NCBI GenBank assembly: GCA_902493795.1 | Contig: CABUQZ010000007.1 | Span: 4,401 to 68,400, forward strand | Direction: 5' to 3' | DNA: 64,000 nucleotides | DNA from: an uncultured Clostridium sp. | GTDB taxonomy: Bacteria; Bacillota_I; Bacilli_A; RF39; UBA660 | Shown here: positions 8,262 through 18,371 of the stretch, one piece after another | How the letters are laid out: the number at the start of each line of letters is the position of its first letter | Numbering within the stretch: position 1 is the stretch's first letter | Program-made: the position numbers and the translations under genes | Notes under the pieces: model-generated | Told to the model about the DNA's origin: nothing | Database searches by the model: none | What the model saw: only the letters and a program-made list of their open reading frames with translations

Positions 8262-8501
8262 ATGTTTAAAGATTCTTTATTCAAAAAAATAGAAAGTAAG
8301 ACAAATGTAAGTAAGGAAACAATATTGTCTTTAGCAGATAAATTACAAAAATCAGATATGAAAGATGAAAAAGTTTTAGGGGAGCTAATCGATGATTTAT
8401 CAGCTTTAACAGGTAAAAATGTATCAAAAGAAAAGAAGGAAAAAATAATTAATACGATTGTAAATGATAATGTTCCAAAAAACATTGATAATATGGTCTA
8501 A
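8262..8501 (+). CDS. spoVIF: stage VI sporulation protein F-like (SpoVIF/YjcC family)
   Basis: 79 aa. The FKKIESKTNVSKETILSLADKLQKSDMKDEKVL..LIDDLSALTGKNVSKEKKEKIINTIV pattern matches the family as I remember it. Confidence 0.6.
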   Translation: MFKDSLFKKIESKTNVSKETILSLADKLQKSDMKDEKVLGELIDDLSALTGKNVSKEKKEKIINTIVNDNVPKNIDNMV

Positions 8502-8546
8502 AAATGTGATATAATACTCCTATAATAATATGATAGGAGAAAAGAT

Positions 8547-9119
8547 ATGCAAAATGATTTAAAAAATAATCAAGAACAACAAAACAAATTACAAAATAAA
8601 GAACAAAAAAGACAAAAAAAAGATTATAGAAATGTAATGATAGTTTCTCTTCTAATTGTAATGTGCTTTATGTCTGTTAGTTATGCAGTACTATCTACAA
8701 AAATAGAAAATAATAAGATAATAACATTTGTAGCTCCACAATATAACGATATTAGTATATCAACTATATCTAGTGTAACAACTAAAGGAAATGGAATGGA
8801 CGTAAAATCATTTATAAGTAATAAAAATGAAGTAACTTTATATCCAAGTATCACTTCAGAAGAAGACGAAGTTACATATACAATAAATGTAGTAAATAAT
8901 GGAAATACTGCTACTCCATTAAAAAGCATTAATGTTCGTGGAAATAATGATGAACACTTAACTTATAGCATAAATAACTTAAACGCTGGAGATTTATTAT
9001 ATGCAAAAGAATCACATATGTTTACTATCACTGTTAAATATAATGAAGAATATACTGGTGATTTAAATTATGATGAAGAAAATGTATCAGAAATCATTTT
9101 AAGTCTTAATTATAATTAA
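8547..9119 (+). CDS. membrane-anchored hypothetical protein (N-terminal Q/K-rich segment, one TM, extracellular domain)
   Basis: 190 aa. TM segment VMIVSLLIVMCFMSVSYAVL. No recognised motif. Confidence 0.45.
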   Translation: MQNDLKNNQEQQNKLQNKEQKRQKKDYRNVMIVSLLIVMCFMSVSYAVLSTKIENNKIITFVAPQYNDISISTISSVTTKGNGMDVKSFISNKNEVTLYPSITSEEDEVTYTINVVNNGNTATPLKSINVRGNNDEHLTYSINNLNAGDLLYAKESHMFTITVKYNEEYTGDLNYDEENVSEIILSLNYN

Positions 9120-9122
9120 TAA

Positions 9123-9147
9123 ATGAGCAGAAATGTTCATTTTTTTA
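9123..9147 (+). terminator. Rho-independent terminator
   Basis: ATGAGC-AGAAAT-GTTCAT followed by TTTTTTT. Confidence 0.5.
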
Positions 9148-9177
9148 ACAAAAAAATTATAATGACAAGAGGTATAT

Positions 9178-9879
9178 ATGAGAATAGGTTTATTTGATTC
9201 AGGAGTAGGTGGTTTAACTGTATTAAAGTCATTTTTAAAGTATCATCCAAACAATGAATATATTTATTATGGGGACACTTTAAATGTACCATATGGGGAT
9301 AAAACCAAAGAAGAATTATATAATTGTGTTACCAATATAATAGATTATCTAAAAGAAAAGAAAGTTGACATAATTATAATTGCTTGTGGGACAGTAAGTG
9401 CTAATTTATATGATAGATTAAAAGAAGAAATAGATATTCCAATTTATAGTATTATTAGTGAGGTAAAAGATTATATAAAGTTAAAACAATATAAAAGAAC
9501 ACTGGTTATGGCAACCAATGCTACAATTCAAAGTCACGTTTTTAAAAATGAATTAGATAATAATGTAATAGAAGTTGCATGCCCAAAGTTAGTACCAATC
9601 ATAGAAAGTGGAGATTATTCTAATTTAGATGAAGTACTAAATGAGTATTTGAAAAATGCGAATAATACTGATTCACTGATATTAGGATGTACTCATTACC
9701 CTATAATCAAAGAACAAATAAAAAATAAAATAGAAAAAAATATAGATATTATAGATTTAGGTGAACTGCTTGCTAAAAAAATTGAAGTAAAAGATTCTTT
9801 TAAAAGAGTAGATTTATATTTTAGTAAGAAGACTGAAAATCTCGATAGAAATGTAAACAATATCTTAAAAGATATGTAA
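9178..9879 (+). CDS. murI: glutamate racemase
   Basis: DSGVGGLTVL, IIACGTVSA and LGCTHYP (the two catalytic Cys motifs). At 233 aa it is slightly shorter than typical. Confidence 0.85.
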   Translation: MRIGLFDSGVGGLTVLKSFLKYHPNNEYIYYGDTLNVPYGDKTKEELYNCVTNIIDYLKEKKVDIIIIACGTVSANLYDRLKEEIDIPIYSIISEVKDYIKLKQYKRTLVMATNATIQSHVFKNELDNNVIEVACPKLVPIIESGDYSNLDEVLNEYLKNANNTDSLILGCTHYPIIKEQIKNKIEKNIDIIDLGELLAKKIEVKDSFKRVDLYFSKKTENLDRNVNNILKDM

Positions 9880-9965
9880 ATAGAATGTAATAAAAAGACA
9901 AATTTATTGAAATACTTAGATTAATTGACTATAATTTTATTAAGAATAGGGAAAGGAGAACGTTT

Positions 9966-10607
9966 ATGGAAGAAAAAGTACCTAATGAGGAAGTAAAAGA
10001 AGCTCCAAAAAAGAAAAATAATGGAATGTATCTTGTTGTAGCTGCAGTATTATTTATTTTGGTTGGTGTAGGATTAATCGTAACAGGAAATAATAAAAGC
10101 TTTTTAAATAATGATGAAAAAGAGAAAGAAAAACAAGATGTTGTTGATGAACCTAATAAAGGAAATAAACCAGCTGAATTAACTGATGAAGAAGTAGAAA
10201 AAATATTAAAAGATCAAAAAGAAAAAGAATTAAGCACTGAAACATGGAACATTGGTATGGCTAATATAGTAGCTAAAGGTGATAATAATTCATATTTGGT
10301 ATTATACGAAGAAATGTTAGAAGATGGAACAGTTACTGTTAAACAAACAGTTGTTGTAATGGAAAATGGAGAAGGAAAAGCTGAATTACCAGGATGGGTT
10401 GAAGGAGAAAAAGATTTATCTGCATATAACTTTGTTAATGTAGATGAACCAACAACTCCAACAGAACCAACAACACCAACAGAACCAACAACACCAACTG
10501 AACCAACAACACCAACTGAACCAACAACACCAACTGAGCCAGCAACACCAACTGAGCCAACAACACCAGTTGAACCAACAGCTCCAGTTGAACAACCTAC
10601 AGAATAA
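9966..10607 (+). CDS. membrane-anchored protein with a C-terminal (T)EPTTP tandem repeat
   Basis: 213 aa. One TM (MYLVVAAVLFILVGVGLIVTG). C-terminal EPTTPT x8. Confidence 0.55.
   Translation: MEEKVPNEEVKEAPKKKNNGMYLVVAAVLFILVGVGLIVTGNNKSFLNNDEKEKEKQDVVDEPNKGNKPAELTDEEVEKILKDQKEKELSTETWNIGMANIVAKGDNNSYLVLYEEMLEDGTVTVKQTVVVMENGEGKAELPGWVEGEKDLSAYNFVNVDEPTTPTEPTTPTEPTTPTEPTTPTEPTTPTEPATPTEPTTPVEPTAPVEQPTE
10446..10589 (+). repeat. 18-bp in-frame tandem repeat (GAACCAACAACACCAAC(A/T)), about 8 units
   Basis: Seen directly. It encodes EPTTPT units and generates the spurious ORFs 10214..10624(-) and 10444..10635(+). Confidence 0.9.
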
Positions 10608-10627
10608 TAGAAAAATGAAAGCAACTT

Positions 10628-10657
10628 TTAATTAAGTTGTTTTTTTGTGTATAAAAT
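10628..10657 (+). terminator. Rho-independent terminator
   Basis: AAAGCAACTT-TTAATT-AAGTTGTTTTTTT. Confidence 0.6.
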
Positions 10658-10704
10658 GATTTGTTATTCATATATTTAACTGAATAGTTAAGAAAGAGGT
10701 ATAT

Positions 10705-12180
10705 ATGGATAAACAAGAAATAATTAAGAATATTGCAACAAGAACAGGTGGAGATATTTATCTAGGAGTAGTAGGAGCAGTTAGAACTGGTAAAAGTACC
10801 TTTATAAAGAAAGTTATAGAGTCTTTAGTAGTGCCAAATATAAAAGATGAATATGAAAGAAAAAGAGCATTAGATGAAATTCCACAAAGTGCAAGTGGAA
10901 AAACAATTATGACAATTGAACCTAAATTCGTTCCAAATAATGCTGCCAAAATTAATATTGATGACTTTTCCTGTAACATTAGATTAATTGATTGTGTTGG
11001 TTACTTAATTAAAAATGTTAAGGGTTCAGAAGACGAAAATGGGCCAAGAATGGTTAAATGTCCGTGGTATGACGAAGCAATCCCTTTTGCAGAAGCAGCA
11101 GAACTAGGAACAGAAAAAGTAATTAAAGAACATTCGACAATTGGAATAGTAATTGCAACAGATGGTTCAATTGGAGATTTTGATAGAAGTGACTACTTAG
11201 AAGCTGAACAAAGAGTAGTTAATGAATTAAAAGAAATTGGAAAACCATTCATTGTAATTTTAAACTCTACTCACCCAATGCTTCCAGAAACTGAAAGATT
11301 AGCAGATAATTTAAAAGAAGAATATAAAGTACCTGTTATTCCTATGAATATTGATGCAATGAAAGAAAAAGATATCTATGATATTTTAAAAGAGGCGTTA
11401 TACGAATTCCCAATTCTTGAAATAAAAGTTAATATGCCTGAGTGGATCGCTATATTAAGTTCTAATAATCCTGTTAAGAAAAGCTATATTGACTCAATTA
11501 GAAATAGTGTAGAAGAAGTTGATAAATTAAGAGATATCGAAAAAATAACTAATGGCCTTTTAGATAACCAAAATATTTCAAAAGCCTATATTAGTGAAGT
11601 TGACCCATCAACTGGAATAGTAACCATAAATCTAGAGTCACCTAGTGAATTATATAATGATGTATTAAAGGAAATTATCAAAGTAGATGTAAAAAATAAA
11701 GCAGAGCTTTTACAATTATTTCAAGATTACAGCGAAGCAAAAACTGAGTATGACGAGATTAAATATGCTCTTAAAATGGTTAAACAAACAGGTTATGGTG
11801 TAGCGTCTCCTTCACTTAAAGATATGAAACTAGATACACCAGAAATTATAAAACAAGGAAATCGTTTTGGAGTTAAGTTAAAAGCAGTCGCCTCATCTAT
11901 TCACATGATAAGAGTAGATGTAAACTCCACATTTGAACCGATTATTGGAAGTGAACTCCAAAGTAAAGAACTAATTAATTACTTAATGAAAGATTATGAA
12001 ACAAATCCACAAAATATCTGGAAAAGCGAAATATTTGGAAGAAGTCTAGATGTGATCGTTCAAGAAGGTATTCAATCAAAACTATCTTTGATGCCAGAAA
12101 ACATAAGATATAAACTATCTCAAACACTTACAAAAATAGTAAATAAAGGTTCTAATAATTTAATTGCAATTGTTATATAA
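10705..12180 (+). CDS. spoIVA: stage IV sporulation protein A (spore coat morphogenetic ATPase)
   Basis: The N-terminus ..IATRTGGDIYLGVVGAVRTGKSTFIKK (Walker A) is near-identical to the SpoIVA consensus. Length is 491 aa, and hup lies downstream as in B. subtilis. Confidence 0.95.
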   Translation: MDKQEIIKNIATRTGGDIYLGVVGAVRTGKSTFIKKVIESLVVPNIKDEYERKRALDEIPQSASGKTIMTIEPKFVPNNAAKINIDDFSCNIRLIDCVGYLIKNVKGSEDENGPRMVKCPWYDEAIPFAEAAELGTEKVIKEHSTIGIVIATDGSIGDFDRSDYLEAEQRVVNELKEIGKPFIVILNSTHPMLPETERLADNLKEEYKVPVIPMNIDAMKEKDIYDILKEALYEFPILEIKVNMPEWIAILSSNNPVKKSYIDSIRNSVEEVDKLRDIEKITNGLLDNQNISKAYISEVDPSTGIVTINLESPSELYNDVLKEIIKVDVKNKAELLQLFQDYSEAKTEYDEIKYALKMVKQTGYGVASPSLKDMKLDTPEIIKQGNRFGVKLKAVASSIHMIRVDVNSTFEPIIGSELQSKELINYLMKDYETNPQNIWKSEIFGRSLDVIVQEGIQSKLSLMPENIRYKLSQTLTKIVNKGSNNLIAIVI

Positions 12181-12290
12181 AATGTGTAAAATTCGTTGAA
12201 AAATAAATGAAATATGTTGATTTTGTAAAGAAAGTATGGTACTTTGTATATGTAAGCATATAGTGCTTAAAAAATGGAGGTAATATTATA

Positions 12291-12563
12291 ATGAAAAAGG
12301 CTGAATTAGTTGAAGCAATTGCTAAAGAAACTGGATTAACAAAAGCTGACGCAACTCGTGCTTTAGAAGCTACTTTTGAAGTAATTACTAAAGCATTAAA
12401 GAAAGGTGAAAGAGTACCTGTTGCAGGATTCGGAACTTTCGATGTTTCTAAGAGAAAAGCAAGAGAAGGACGTAATCCACAAACTGGAGAAAAAGTTAAG
12501 ATTCCAGCAAGAAAAGCAGTTACATTCAAAGCAGGAACTGCATTAAAAGAATCAGTAAACTAA
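12291..12563 (+). CDS. hup: DNA-binding protein HU
   Basis: 90 aa. MKKAELV..., [22 protein letters not shown] (HU arm). Confidence 0.95.
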   Translation: MKKAELVEAIAKETGLTKADATRALEATFEVITKALKKGERVPVAGFGTFDVSKRKAREGRNPQTGEKVKIPARKAVTFKAGTALKESVN

Positions 12564-12564
12564 T

Positions 12565-12586
12565 AAAGAGCATAAAGCTCTTTTTT
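12565..12586 (+). terminator. Rho-independent terminator
   Basis: AAAGAGC-ATAAA-GCTCTTT followed by TTT. Confidence 0.7.
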
Positions 12587-12630
12587 CTTTAATTTATTTT
12601 TAAATTTGTTATAATTAATTTGGTGATAAA

Positions 12631-13725
12631 ATGTTAAAAAAAGCTCTAAGAGTATTAAATCAAATAGAAGAAAATGGTTATGTCGCTTATATAGTAGGAG
12701 GATTTGTAAGAGACTATGTTTTAGGTATAAATTCATTAGATGTCGATATAGCAACATCAGCAACACCTAAAGATATACTAGAAATATTTAAAACTTCAGT
12801 TCTTCCCAAAGAAAAGTATGGCTCAATAACTTTGTATATAAAAAATGATAGATTTGAAATAACTACATTTAGAAAAGAAATAAAGTATTTAAATAATAGA
12901 AAACCAGTAGAGTTTGAATATATAAACAGTCTTTTAGATGACTTACAAAGACGTGACTTTATAATGAACACTTTATGTATGGATAAAAATGGTAATATCA
13001 TAGATCTATTAGGTGGAAAAAGAGATATTGAAAATAAAATCATTAACACAGTGGGAGACAGCAACTACAAGTTTTCTCAAGACTCTTTAAGAATATTAAG
13101 AGCCATAAGATTTGCAACAAATTTAAATTTTAGATTAAGTGATGAAGTAAAAAGTGCTATAATAAAGAACAAATCTCTATTAAGAAGTTTGTCTTATAGT
13201 AGAAAAAAACAAGAATTAGATAAAATATTCTCAAGTACAAATTCAAAATATGGAATAAGTTTAATCCTTGAATTAGGTCTTGATAAAGAACTAGAACTAT
13301 ATAACCTAGATAAAATAAATCCTACTAATGACATAATAAGTATCTGGTCATCTCTTGAAATGAGTACTTCTTATGAACAAGAATTTACAAGTAGTGAAAA
13401 GATAATTCTAAAAGATGTCAAGAAAGTATTAAGCACAGGTATAAACAATAGAACATTATATAAATATGGGTTATATGTTAACCAAATAGCAGCCAATATA
13501 CTAGGACTAGATAAATCAAAAGTAGTAGGTATTTATGAAAATTTACCAATTAAATCAAGAAAAGAAATAGATATAACTTCTGAAGAAATAAAAAATATAT
13601 TAAACGTAAAACCAGGTCCATTATTTAAAGAATTATATAATGATTTGGAAGATAAAATAATAAATAATATAATTAATAATAGTAAGGAAGAAATAGAAAA
13701 GTACATTTTGAAAAACTATAAGTAG
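12631..13725 (+). CDS. cca: CCA-adding tRNA nucleotidyltransferase (poly(A) polymerase family)
   Basis: GGFVRDYVLG, DVDIAT and RRDFIMN head-domain motifs. 364 aa. Confidence 0.8.
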   Translation: MLKKALRVLNQIEENGYVAYIVGGFVRDYVLGINSLDVDIATSATPKDILEIFKTSVLPKEKYGSITLYIKNDRFEITTFRKEIKYLNNRKPVEFEYINSLLDDLQRRDFIMNTLCMDKNGNIIDLLGGKRDIENKIINTVGDSNYKFSQDSLRILRAIRFATNLNFRLSDEVKSAIIKNKSLLRSLSYSRKKQELDKIFSSTNSKYGISLILELGLDKELELYNLDKINPTNDIISIWSSLEMSTSYEQEFTSSEKIILKDVKKVLSTGINNRTLYKYGLYVNQIAANILGLDKSKVVGIYENLPIKSRKEIDITSEEIKNILNVKPGPLFKELYNDLEDKIINNIINNSKEEIEKYILKNYK

Positions 13726-13737
13726 GGGGAAACTTAT

Positions 13738-14418
13738 ATGAAATATGGAAAAATATCAGATATAATTAAAAGTGAAAATATAACTATACCTTTATATATT
13801 TACAAAGAATATCCTAATTTAAATATAAATTTAGAGACTTTCCTTTTCCTAATGTATTTATATTCTAAGGGAAATAAAATACCATTTGATATTCATAAGC
13901 TTAGTGAAGAGTTTTTTTGTGATGTAAAAAAGATTCTTGAATACATTGATACATTACAAAAAAATAAATTAATAGAAATTAAAGTTCTTAAAAATGATAA
14001 GAATATAATGGAAGAGTTTATTTATCTTGATTTCTTTTATGAAAAAATATTACTTAAAGTAGTAGGAGATACAGTAGAAGAAAGTAAAAAAGAAGATGAA
14101 GAAGATAATGTTTTCTCTATACTTGAAAGAGAAATAGGAAAGCAGTTATCTCCTATGGAAATAGAAATTGTTAAAGCATGGAAAGAAAGTAATTATTCTG
14201 ATGAAATGATTAAAGAAGCCATTAAGGAATCTGTTATTAATAATGCTACAAGTTTAAGATACATTGATAAGATCCTTTATGAATGGGCTAAAAGAGGAAT
14301 TACTACAAAAGAGAAAATAGAAGAAAATAGAAAAAACTTTAGACAAAGAGAAAAAGAAAAGCCTAAAAATATTAAACCTTTTGATTATGACTGGTTGGAT
14401 GATGATGACGATGACTAA
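13738..14418 (+). CDS. dnaD: DNA replication protein DnaD
   Basis: C-terminal DnaD-type domain (LSPMEIEIVKAWKE..ATSLRYIDKILYEWAKRGITT). dnaD-nth adjacency as in B. subtilis. Acidic tail. Confidence 0.75.
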   Translation: MKYGKISDIIKSENITIPLYIYKEYPNLNINLETFLFLMYLYSKGNKIPFDIHKLSEEFFCDVKKILEYIDTLQKNKLIEIKVLKNDKNIMEEFIYLDFFYEKILLKVVGDTVEESKKEDEEDNVFSILEREIGKQLSPMEIEIVKAWKESNYSDEMIKEAIKESVINNATSLRYIDKILYEWAKRGITTKEKIEENRKNFRQREKEKPKNIKPFDYDWLDDDDDD

Positions 14419-15025
14419 TATAATAGAAAGTTACCTAGATGAATTGTACCCTAATCCTCGCTGTGAGCTAAATTATACAAAAGACTATGAATTACTCATT
14501 GCAGTCGTTTTAAGTGCCCAAACGACCGATAAAAGGGTAAATGAAGTGACAAAAGTATTGTTTGATAAATATGATACTTTAGAAAAACTATCTGAAGCTA
14601 ATATAGAAGATATAAAAGAGATCATAAAACCTATTGGAACATTTAATAAAAAAAGTATATTTGTAAAAGAAATAGCCAAATACTTATTAGAAAATTGTAA
14701 TGGTAAAGTACCAAATGATGAGAAAGTATTAACAAGTATCCCTGGAGTTGGAAGGAAAACAAGTAACGTAGTAAGAAGTAACTTATTTGATTACCCCGCA
14801 ATAGCAGTAGATACTCATGTAACAAGAGTATCCAAAAGATTAAAGCTTGCTAAAGAAAATGATGACGTATTAACAATTGAAAAGAAACTTATGAAAAAAT
14901 TTCCTAAATCTTCATGGTCTAAACTACATCATCAGTTAGTATTATTTGGAAGATATCACTGTACAGCAAGAAATCCTAAATGCCTTGATTGCAAATTAAA
15001 AGAAGAATGTAAAAACAATAAATAA
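14411..15025 (+). CDS. nth: endonuclease III
   Basis: HhH-GPD (LTSIPGVGRKTSNVV) and a C-terminal 4Fe-4S motif Cx6Cx2Cx5C (CTARNPKCLDCKLKEEC). ATG 14411 overlaps the dnaD stop. Confidence 0.9.
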   Translation: MTNIIESYLDELYPNPRCELNYTKDYELLIAVVLSAQTTDKRVNEVTKVLFDKYDTLEKLSEANIEDIKEIIKPIGTFNKKSIFVKEIAKYLLENCNGKVPNDEKVLTSIPGVGRKTSNVVRSNLFDYPAIAVDTHVTRVSKRLKLAKENDDVLTIEKKLMKKFPKSSWSKLHHQLVLFGRYHCTARNPKCLDCKLKEECKNNK

Positions 15026-15061
15026 AATACTCATATAATTTTAGTAATGAGTATTTTTTTC
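15024..15061 (+). terminator. Rho-independent terminator
   Basis: AAAATACTCAT-(12 nt)-ATGAGTATTTT followed by a T-run. Confidence 0.75.
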
Positions 15062-15093
15062 TTTTCACATACTGTGTATAAATATAATATTAT

Positions 15094-16032
15094 TTATAAG
15101 TCCTTTTCTGTTTCTTTTACTATGTAAATAGGTCTTTTTTTTGTTTCTAAATACATCTTGGCTAAATATTGTCCTATTATTCCCATACATAGTAATTGCA
15201 CACCACTTGTAAATAATAAGATACACACCATACTAGGCCAACCACCTACAGGATCACCGTATAAAAGAGTTTTTGAAACTACTACAATAATTCCAATAAA
15301 AGATATCAAGCATACAATTACTCCTAATATTGCAGATAATGAAAGTGGAAAAACAGTAAATGATACAATTCCTTCGATAGCATATTTGAATAATTTCCAA
15401 AATGACCATTTTGTTTCTCCAACTACTCTTTCGATATTTTCGTATTCTAACCATTTTGTTCTAAATCCGACAAAACTAAATAGTCCTTTTGAATAACGAT
15501 TATATTCTTCTAAAGAAACAATTGAATCTACAACTTGTCTTGTCATAAGCCTATAGTCACGTGCCCCATCAACCATTTCGATATCTGACATTTTATTTAT
15601 AATTTTATAAAACATTCTTGCGAAAAAACTTCTTATAGGTGGTTCACCTTTTCTATTAACTCTTCTTGTACCAACAGAATCATAATTCTCTTCTTTTATA
15701 AGTCTATACATTTCTGGTAATAAAGATGGTGGATCTTGTAAATCAGCATCCATTAAAGTTACATAATCTCCTTTTGAATACTTTAATCCAGCATACATAG
15801 CAGCTTCTTTACCAAAATTTCTAGAAAAAGATATAAAACGAACTCTTTTATCTTTTCTTGCAAAATCTTTAATTATATCAAGTGTTCTATCTTTTGAACC
15901 ATCATTAACAAAGATATATTCAAACTCTAATTCTTTCATTTTATTGGCAACTTTATTCATTTCTACATAAAATAATTGCAATGCTTCTTCTTCATTGTAA
16001 CAAGAGACAATTACGGATAACTTCTTTTTCAT
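15094..16032 (-). CDS. GT2 polyprenyl-phosphate glycosyltransferase (GtrB/CsbB-like)
   Basis: SVIVSCYNEE, DGSKD and DADLQDPP motifs, with two C-terminal TM helices. ATG at 16032 forms an ATGA overlap with the upstream gene's stop. Confidence 0.8.
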   Translation of the reverse strand: MKKKLSVIVSCYNEEEALQLFYVEMNKVANKMKELEFEYIFVNDGSKDRTLDIIKDFARKDKRVRFISFSRNFGKEAAMYAGLKYSKGDYVTLMDADLQDPPSLLPEMYRLIKEENYDSVGTRRVNRKGEPPIRSFFARMFYKIINKMSDIEMVDGARDYRLMTRQVVDSIVSLEEYNRYSKGLFSFVGFRTKWLEYENIERVVGETKWSFWKLFKYAIEGIVSFTVFPLSLSAILGVIVCLISFIGIIVVVSKTLLYGDPVGGWPSMVCILLFTSGVQLLCMGIIGQYLAKMYLETKKRPIYIVKETEKDL

Positions 16033-17549
16033 AAAACCTCCCTGAAAAAAATAATATTGTATTTCCATTTTGTATTTTTAAAGACTAATTTAATATCTTC
16101 ATCGATTTTGTAGTATTTTTTATATGTTTGTATATGGTAATCATCTTCTGGAATAAGACCCCAAGTGATTTTTTTAGGCAAAGTGTATATCACAATCTCG
16201 TTATTTACTTTATTTTCTAATTGTTCTCTAATGCTGTTTTCTTGAAAAATATTAAATCTATAAACGTTGTAATACAAAGTTAAATAAACAAAACATATAA
16301 CTGGTATTACAAGAAATAATCCTTTATTTAATTTGCTTTTAATCTTTTCTGGTACTAAATCATCAAAAATATATAAATAAGCTAAGGTTAAAAATATAGT
16401 TGTAAATAGAGTTGTCCTACCACCCCAAATTGGAACAACAATCATAACTAAATTAGCAGATAATCCAACTGTAATAAATAATAAATATTTTATCAATTTT
16501 TCATTTTTCATATATTTTTTTATTAACAAGTAAACACATAAAACAAAATATAGTGACCAAAAAATTATAACAAATACATTTTTATGATTTATTAAGATAG
16601 ACAAAACATTAATATCGAAATTATTTAACATATAAATAATTGCTAAAAATATTGATATATAATTTATAACTCTAAATATTAAATTTTCTCTATTTCTTTT
16701 ACCAATAATTAATAAATTTACAATAGAAATAATTAATACTAGATAATAATTCCTAATAAAAGTGTAATTAATAAATCTTACATATCCAATGATCATTTTA
16801 AATAAAAAAGAACCACTAGAATAAACATCTTTATCAGTCTGTGCTCTTTGAGCACTACCAGGACTTACAAGCATCAATAAAAGTCCTAAAGAAGATAGTA
16901 TTAAATTACAAAGTAATAATTTATTAATTTTTTTGGTTTTAACATATTCAAATATATTTAATAACAAATTTAAAAAGACAAATGCAATAGCTATATTTTC
17001 AACAAACATAGTCATAGCTAATGAAAATAATCCTAATATCAAATAGATATACCATTTATAATTAGTATTTTTGGTTATGTATTTGAAATAAATATATAGG
17101 TATATAAATGTTAACAATGTTGGAAACATATAAGTAATACTACCAGCAACCCAAAGAATAGATTGTGTAAAAATTGTATTTTCCAGTAATAAAAAGGTAA
17201 GAAACATCATTAGGTATATTAACCTTTTATTTTTAACTTTAATTAAATTACCGCTAATATATATTGATAATGTAATCAATAATGATAAAATGATATTAAA
17301 TAAAAACTTATGACAAGTTAAATTATATATAAGAATTCGACTTACTAATCTTCCTTCCCAAGAAAAGTACATATCAATTGACTGAACTATCCTATGATAA
17401 AAATCATTGTTTTTCCCAATCAAATAATTTCCCCAGTCATCACCTGTTAATGGCATAAGAAATGATATGGTACAAAAAAATATAAATATAAGTGTAAAAA
17501 AAATTATTTTTCTTTTGTTTTTCATTAAATTACGTCTAATCAATCTCAT
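16029..17549 (-). CDS. polytopic GT-C-like membrane protein (candidate extracytoplasmic glycosyltransferase)
   Basis: 506 aa with at least 12 hydrophobic segments. N-terminal PLTGDDWGNY motif. Paralog of 42117..43586. Translationally coupled to the GT2 gene. Confidence 0.55.
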   Translation of the reverse strand: MRLIRRNLMKNKRKIIFFTLIFIFFCTISFLMPLTGDDWGNYLIGKNNDFYHRIVQSIDMYFSWEGRLVSRILIYNLTCHKFLFNIILSLLITLSIYISGNLIKVKNKRLIYLMMFLTFLLLENTIFTQSILWVAGSITYMFPTLLTFIYLYIYFKYITKNTNYKWYIYLILGLFSLAMTMFVENIAIAFVFLNLLLNIFEYVKTKKINKLLLCNLILSSLGLLLMLVSPGSAQRAQTDKDVYSSGSFLFKMIIGYVRFINYTFIRNYYLVLIISIVNLLIIGKRNRENLIFRVINYISIFLAIIYMLNNFDINVLSILINHKNVFVIIFWSLYFVLCVYLLIKKYMKNEKLIKYLLFITVGLSANLVMIVVPIWGGRTTLFTTIFLTLAYLYIFDDLVPEKIKSKLNKGLFLVIPVICFVYLTLYYNVYRFNIFQENSIREQLENKVNNEIVIYTLPKKITWGLIPEDDYHIQTYKKYYKIDEDIKLVFKNTKWKYNIIFFREVL

Positions 17550-17780
17550 ATTTGATTGTTCTCTTTCTACGGCATTATATTGATAATAAAAACAATAAAG
17601 GATGTTATAATATTACCCATTAATTAAAAAAATGACGTCTTTTTCATTACATATTAATTATAAGAACATTATACACTATTTGATTATTAAAGTCATTATG
17701 TAAATAGTTAAGAACTCTAAGTATATTTTTTAATATATTAAAGAAGAATAAATGATTGCTTAAAATAAATATATTTTTTT

Positions 17781-17812
17781 GGAACTTTTTTGCAAGTTTT
17801 AAGGATTATTAT
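17781..17812 (+). promoter_or_regulatory. possible ECF-type autoregulated promoter
   Basis: GGAAC at 17781-17785, about 45 nt upstream of the sigma-factor start. The -10 element is not confidently identified. Confidence 0.25.
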
Positions 17813-17828
17813 ATTGTAGGTGATAATT

Positions 17829-18371
17829 ATGACTAGTCGACTAGACCTATATAAGTTTAATGATATATATGATGAAACACATTTAGATTTATTTAAATAT
17901 GTTATTATTAAGTGTCATAATATTAATGATGCAAAGGATATTATTCAAGAAACCTATTTAGAGTTATGGAACATAATAAACAAAAAGGAATTAAGAGATA
18001 TTAATATTAAAAGTTATCTTATAGGTATTGCCAATAATAAAATAAAAAAACACTATACTTTACTTCAAAAAATAAAAACAGTTTCTTTGTTTGAAACTAC
18101 CGATAAAGATATAGAATTAATTGACACAATAGAAGATAAGATAGATATTGATGATATTATTATTAAACAAGACAATTGGAATACAATATGGAAATATATC
18201 AAGAGCAAGAAAAACCAAGATATTCCCAAAGTATTTTATCTATATTATAAATTAGAATTAAGTATTAAAGAAATTTCTAAAGAATTAAAATCAAGCGAAT
18301 CATACGTAAAACATTTAATTTATAGAACCTTGAAAGAATTACAAGATAATTTTGAAAATGGGGGAAAATAA
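17829..18371 (+). CDS. ECF-type RNA polymerase sigma-70 family factor
   Basis: Region 2 (DIIQETYLELW) and region 4 HTH (LSIKEISKELKSSESYVKHLIYRTLKEL). ATG 17829 follows AGGTGA. Confidence 0.75.
   Translation: MTSRLDLYKFNDIYDETHLDLFKYVIIKCHNINDAKDIIQETYLELWNIINKKELRDINIKSYLIGIANNKIKKHYTLLQKIKTVSLFETTDKDIELIDTIEDKIDIDDIIIKQDNWNTIWKYIKSKKNQDIPKVFYLYYKLELSIKEISKELKSSESYVKHLIYRTLKELQDNFENGGK

Noticed and set aside
6400-8485. Minus-strand ORFs 6400..6633, 6670..6867, 7793..8053 and 8258..8485 from the ORF track
   Set aside because: Each lies entirely antisense to a better-supported + strand gene. None has an SD, and their composition is the hydrophobic or low-complexity kind expected of shadow frames in AT-rich DNA.
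10214-10635. ORFs 10214..10624(-) and 10444..10635(+), encoding VGS and QQH/NQQ repeat 'proteins'
   Set aside because: They are alternative readings of the 18-bp EPTTPT tandem repeat. The frame of 9966..10607 has an SD, a TM helix and a non-repetitive N-terminal domain.
12173-13064. ORFs 12173..12529(-), 12560..12766(-) and 12714..13064(-)
   Set aside because: They are antisense to hup and cca, which carry unambiguous family motifs.
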